From Mobula hypostoma (taxonomy: Eukaryota), in contig NC_086108.1 of NCBI RefSeq assembly GCF_963921235.1, forward strand, positions 93,126,001 to 93,190,000: DNA of 64,000 bases. The letters run 5' to 3'. Each line of letters begins with the position of its first letter. Position 1 is the first letter of the stretch. Position numbers and translations under genes: made by a program. Positions 62,040 through 64,000 of the stretch are shown here, one piece after another. The notes beneath the pieces are model-generated. The model was not told the DNA's origin. It ran no database searches and was given only the letters and a program-made list of their open reading frames with translations.

Positions 62040-63922
62040 AAACATCTGTAGTGCAGAATATCCTCACTGGTATGGAAACACCAATGCTTAAGAATGGAAA
62101 TGCCTACAAAAAAGTGGTGGATATGGTGGATATGGCCTAGTCCATCACAGGAAAGACCCTCCCCACCATTGAACAGATCTACAAGGTGCCCTGCCATGAG
62201 AAAGTAGCATCCATCATCAAGGACTCTTCCCCCCACCATCCAAGTCATGCTCTCTTCTCATTGCTGCCACTGGGAAGGTGGCACCGAAGATTTATATCCC
62301 ACACTACCAGGGTCAGGAACAGTTATTGCCCTTTAATCATCAGGCTCCTGAACCAGTGTGAATAACTTCACTCACCTTAACATTCCTCCACAAGCTATGG
62401 ACTCACTTTCAAGGATTCTACATCATTTATTCTTAGTATTATTTATTTATTTATTAATCGTTACATTCGGACACGTCTCATTAGCAGGGCAGCAGTATGG
62501 TCGCATTGTTTATTCCAGGGACCAGCTGATTGCGCTTATGCCGGCCGGTTTAGCAAACAGAGCGGCGGACACCCCTGCTGAAATCTGGAGGAAAACACAC
62601 AAAGGATGCAGAAGGGGATCAAAAAGGTGAGGAAAGAGGACCAGGTCGAGACAACAGAGACTAATGGAGAAGAGGAGTTCTCCACTTGGACTACATGTGG
62701 ACATACCTGACCAAAACTTTTCCATGGAGGGCTTCCAGATCATTCGGGCTGACCGGAAGTGCACTGAGAGTGGTAAGCGTAAAGGAGTTGGGGGCTCGCT
62801 GTTCTGGTTAACAATGGATGGTGCAATCCTGGTCATATTACGATCAAGGAACGTGTTTGTAGCCCGGATATTGAACTTTTTGCTGTTGGACTTTGGCCAT
62901 ATTCCACCAAGATACAACACTGGGCGTCATCGGAGGTCATTCCTGCCTGTGGCCATCGAACTTTGCAGCTCCTCCCGTGGAGGGTCAGACACCCTGAGCC
63001 AATAGGCTGGTCCTGGACTTATTTCCATCTGGCATAGTTTGCATATTGTTGTTTGATTGTTTGTGGTTTTTGTATTTCTATATTTATGCTCTATTCTTGG
63101 TTGGCGCAGCTGTGACAAAACTCAATTACCCTCGGGATCAATAACATATGTCTATGTCTATGTCTAATAGTTTTTTTGTATTTGTCCAGTTTGTCTTCAA
63201 AATTCAAAGTATATTTATTATCAAAGTATGTATAGATTATACAACCTTGAGATTTGTCTGCTTACAGACAGCCACAAAGCAAGAAACCCAGAAGAACCCA
63301 ATTTAAAAAGGCCAACACCCAATACACAGAGAGAGAAAGCAAAAGCAAATCATGCAAACAGTAAAGCAACAGCATTCAGAATGAACTTAAGTCCATAAAC
63401 CCGAAGTGGGGCAAATCATAGCTCGGAGAAGCCGAAGCAAGTCACTGCCTCAGTGCCAAGGAGAGCAGGGTAAAAGTCGTGGAGCAGAACTGGCCCTGAC
63501 ACTCTGCCTCCTCAGTCCAACTGGCCCAGCGTTTCAATTGACAAAGCACCGGGTAGTCCCTGCTCTCGGACCTGGTCCCCGTTGCAGCAATATGTTCTGG
63601 ACTGGGCCCCGCATTCCGGTCCATACTTGACCAAATCGGTGCAGCGTTTAAGTGGATCCAAGCTCACTCCTGGTTTAGGTGGATGGGCTCCAAAATCACT
63701 CCAACTTTCCTCCACTCCGCTCGCTCCAACTCCATCTCAAACATGCCTCGACCTCGCTCTGCTCCATCTCACACATTGGCTGTTTGTCAGTCTTTCTGTG
63801 TAGTTTTTCATTGATTCTATTGTATTTCGTTGTTCCACTGTGATTGCCTGCAAGAAAGTGAATCTCATGGTATATGGTAGCACTTATGTATTTTGAAACT
63901 AAATCTACTTTGAATTTTGAAG
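62040..63922 (+). mobile_element. Degraded Rex1/Babar 3' fragment hosting two insertions (62460-63166, 63200-63770)
   Basis: Similar to 42905-43340; UTR resumes near 63167 and 63770 and ends TTTGAATTTTGAA. Confidence 0.7.
62460..63166 (+). mobile_element. Internally deleted Rex1/Babar LINE, second copy
   Basis: Same 5' region and 3' end as 27170-28016 (MEKRS..FQIIRADRKCTESGKRKG..RRSFLPVAIELCSSS); (TATGTC)n tail. Confidence 0.85.
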
Positions 63923-64000
63923 ATAACAGTTAAGAATAGGCCACATTCGTATTAATCTTGTCACTTGAGAAAAAGATGATATTCCCACTAGAGAATCAGG

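Overview
Eukaryotic, gene-poor DNA made almost entirely of transposable elements. The repeat set (HER1-type CR1 LINEs, HE1/V-type SINEs, Rex1/Babar, Penelope, Tc1, hAT) points to a cartilaginous fish; this is an inference. I found no host exon I can support, and nearly all listed ORFs are decayed TE fragments or their antisense frames. The standout is a young, complete LTR retroelement at 47115-52005 (LTRs about 98% identical by hand count, CACC target-site duplication, tRNA-Pro-like PBS, PPT). Its single open 965-aa ORF keeps Gag (coiled coil, SCAN-like capsid, zinc knuckle) and protease, while integrase, RT and RNase H, in Gmr1 order, are reduced to catalytically dead in-frame remnants. Also notable: a minimal hammerhead ribozyme at the end of a Penelope element with five decayed dispersed copies, several internally deleted LINE derivatives, a chimeric tRNA-SINE, composite hAT MITEs and deep nested insertions. 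Family names come from motif recognition, not database searches; boundaries of degraded fragments are approximate.
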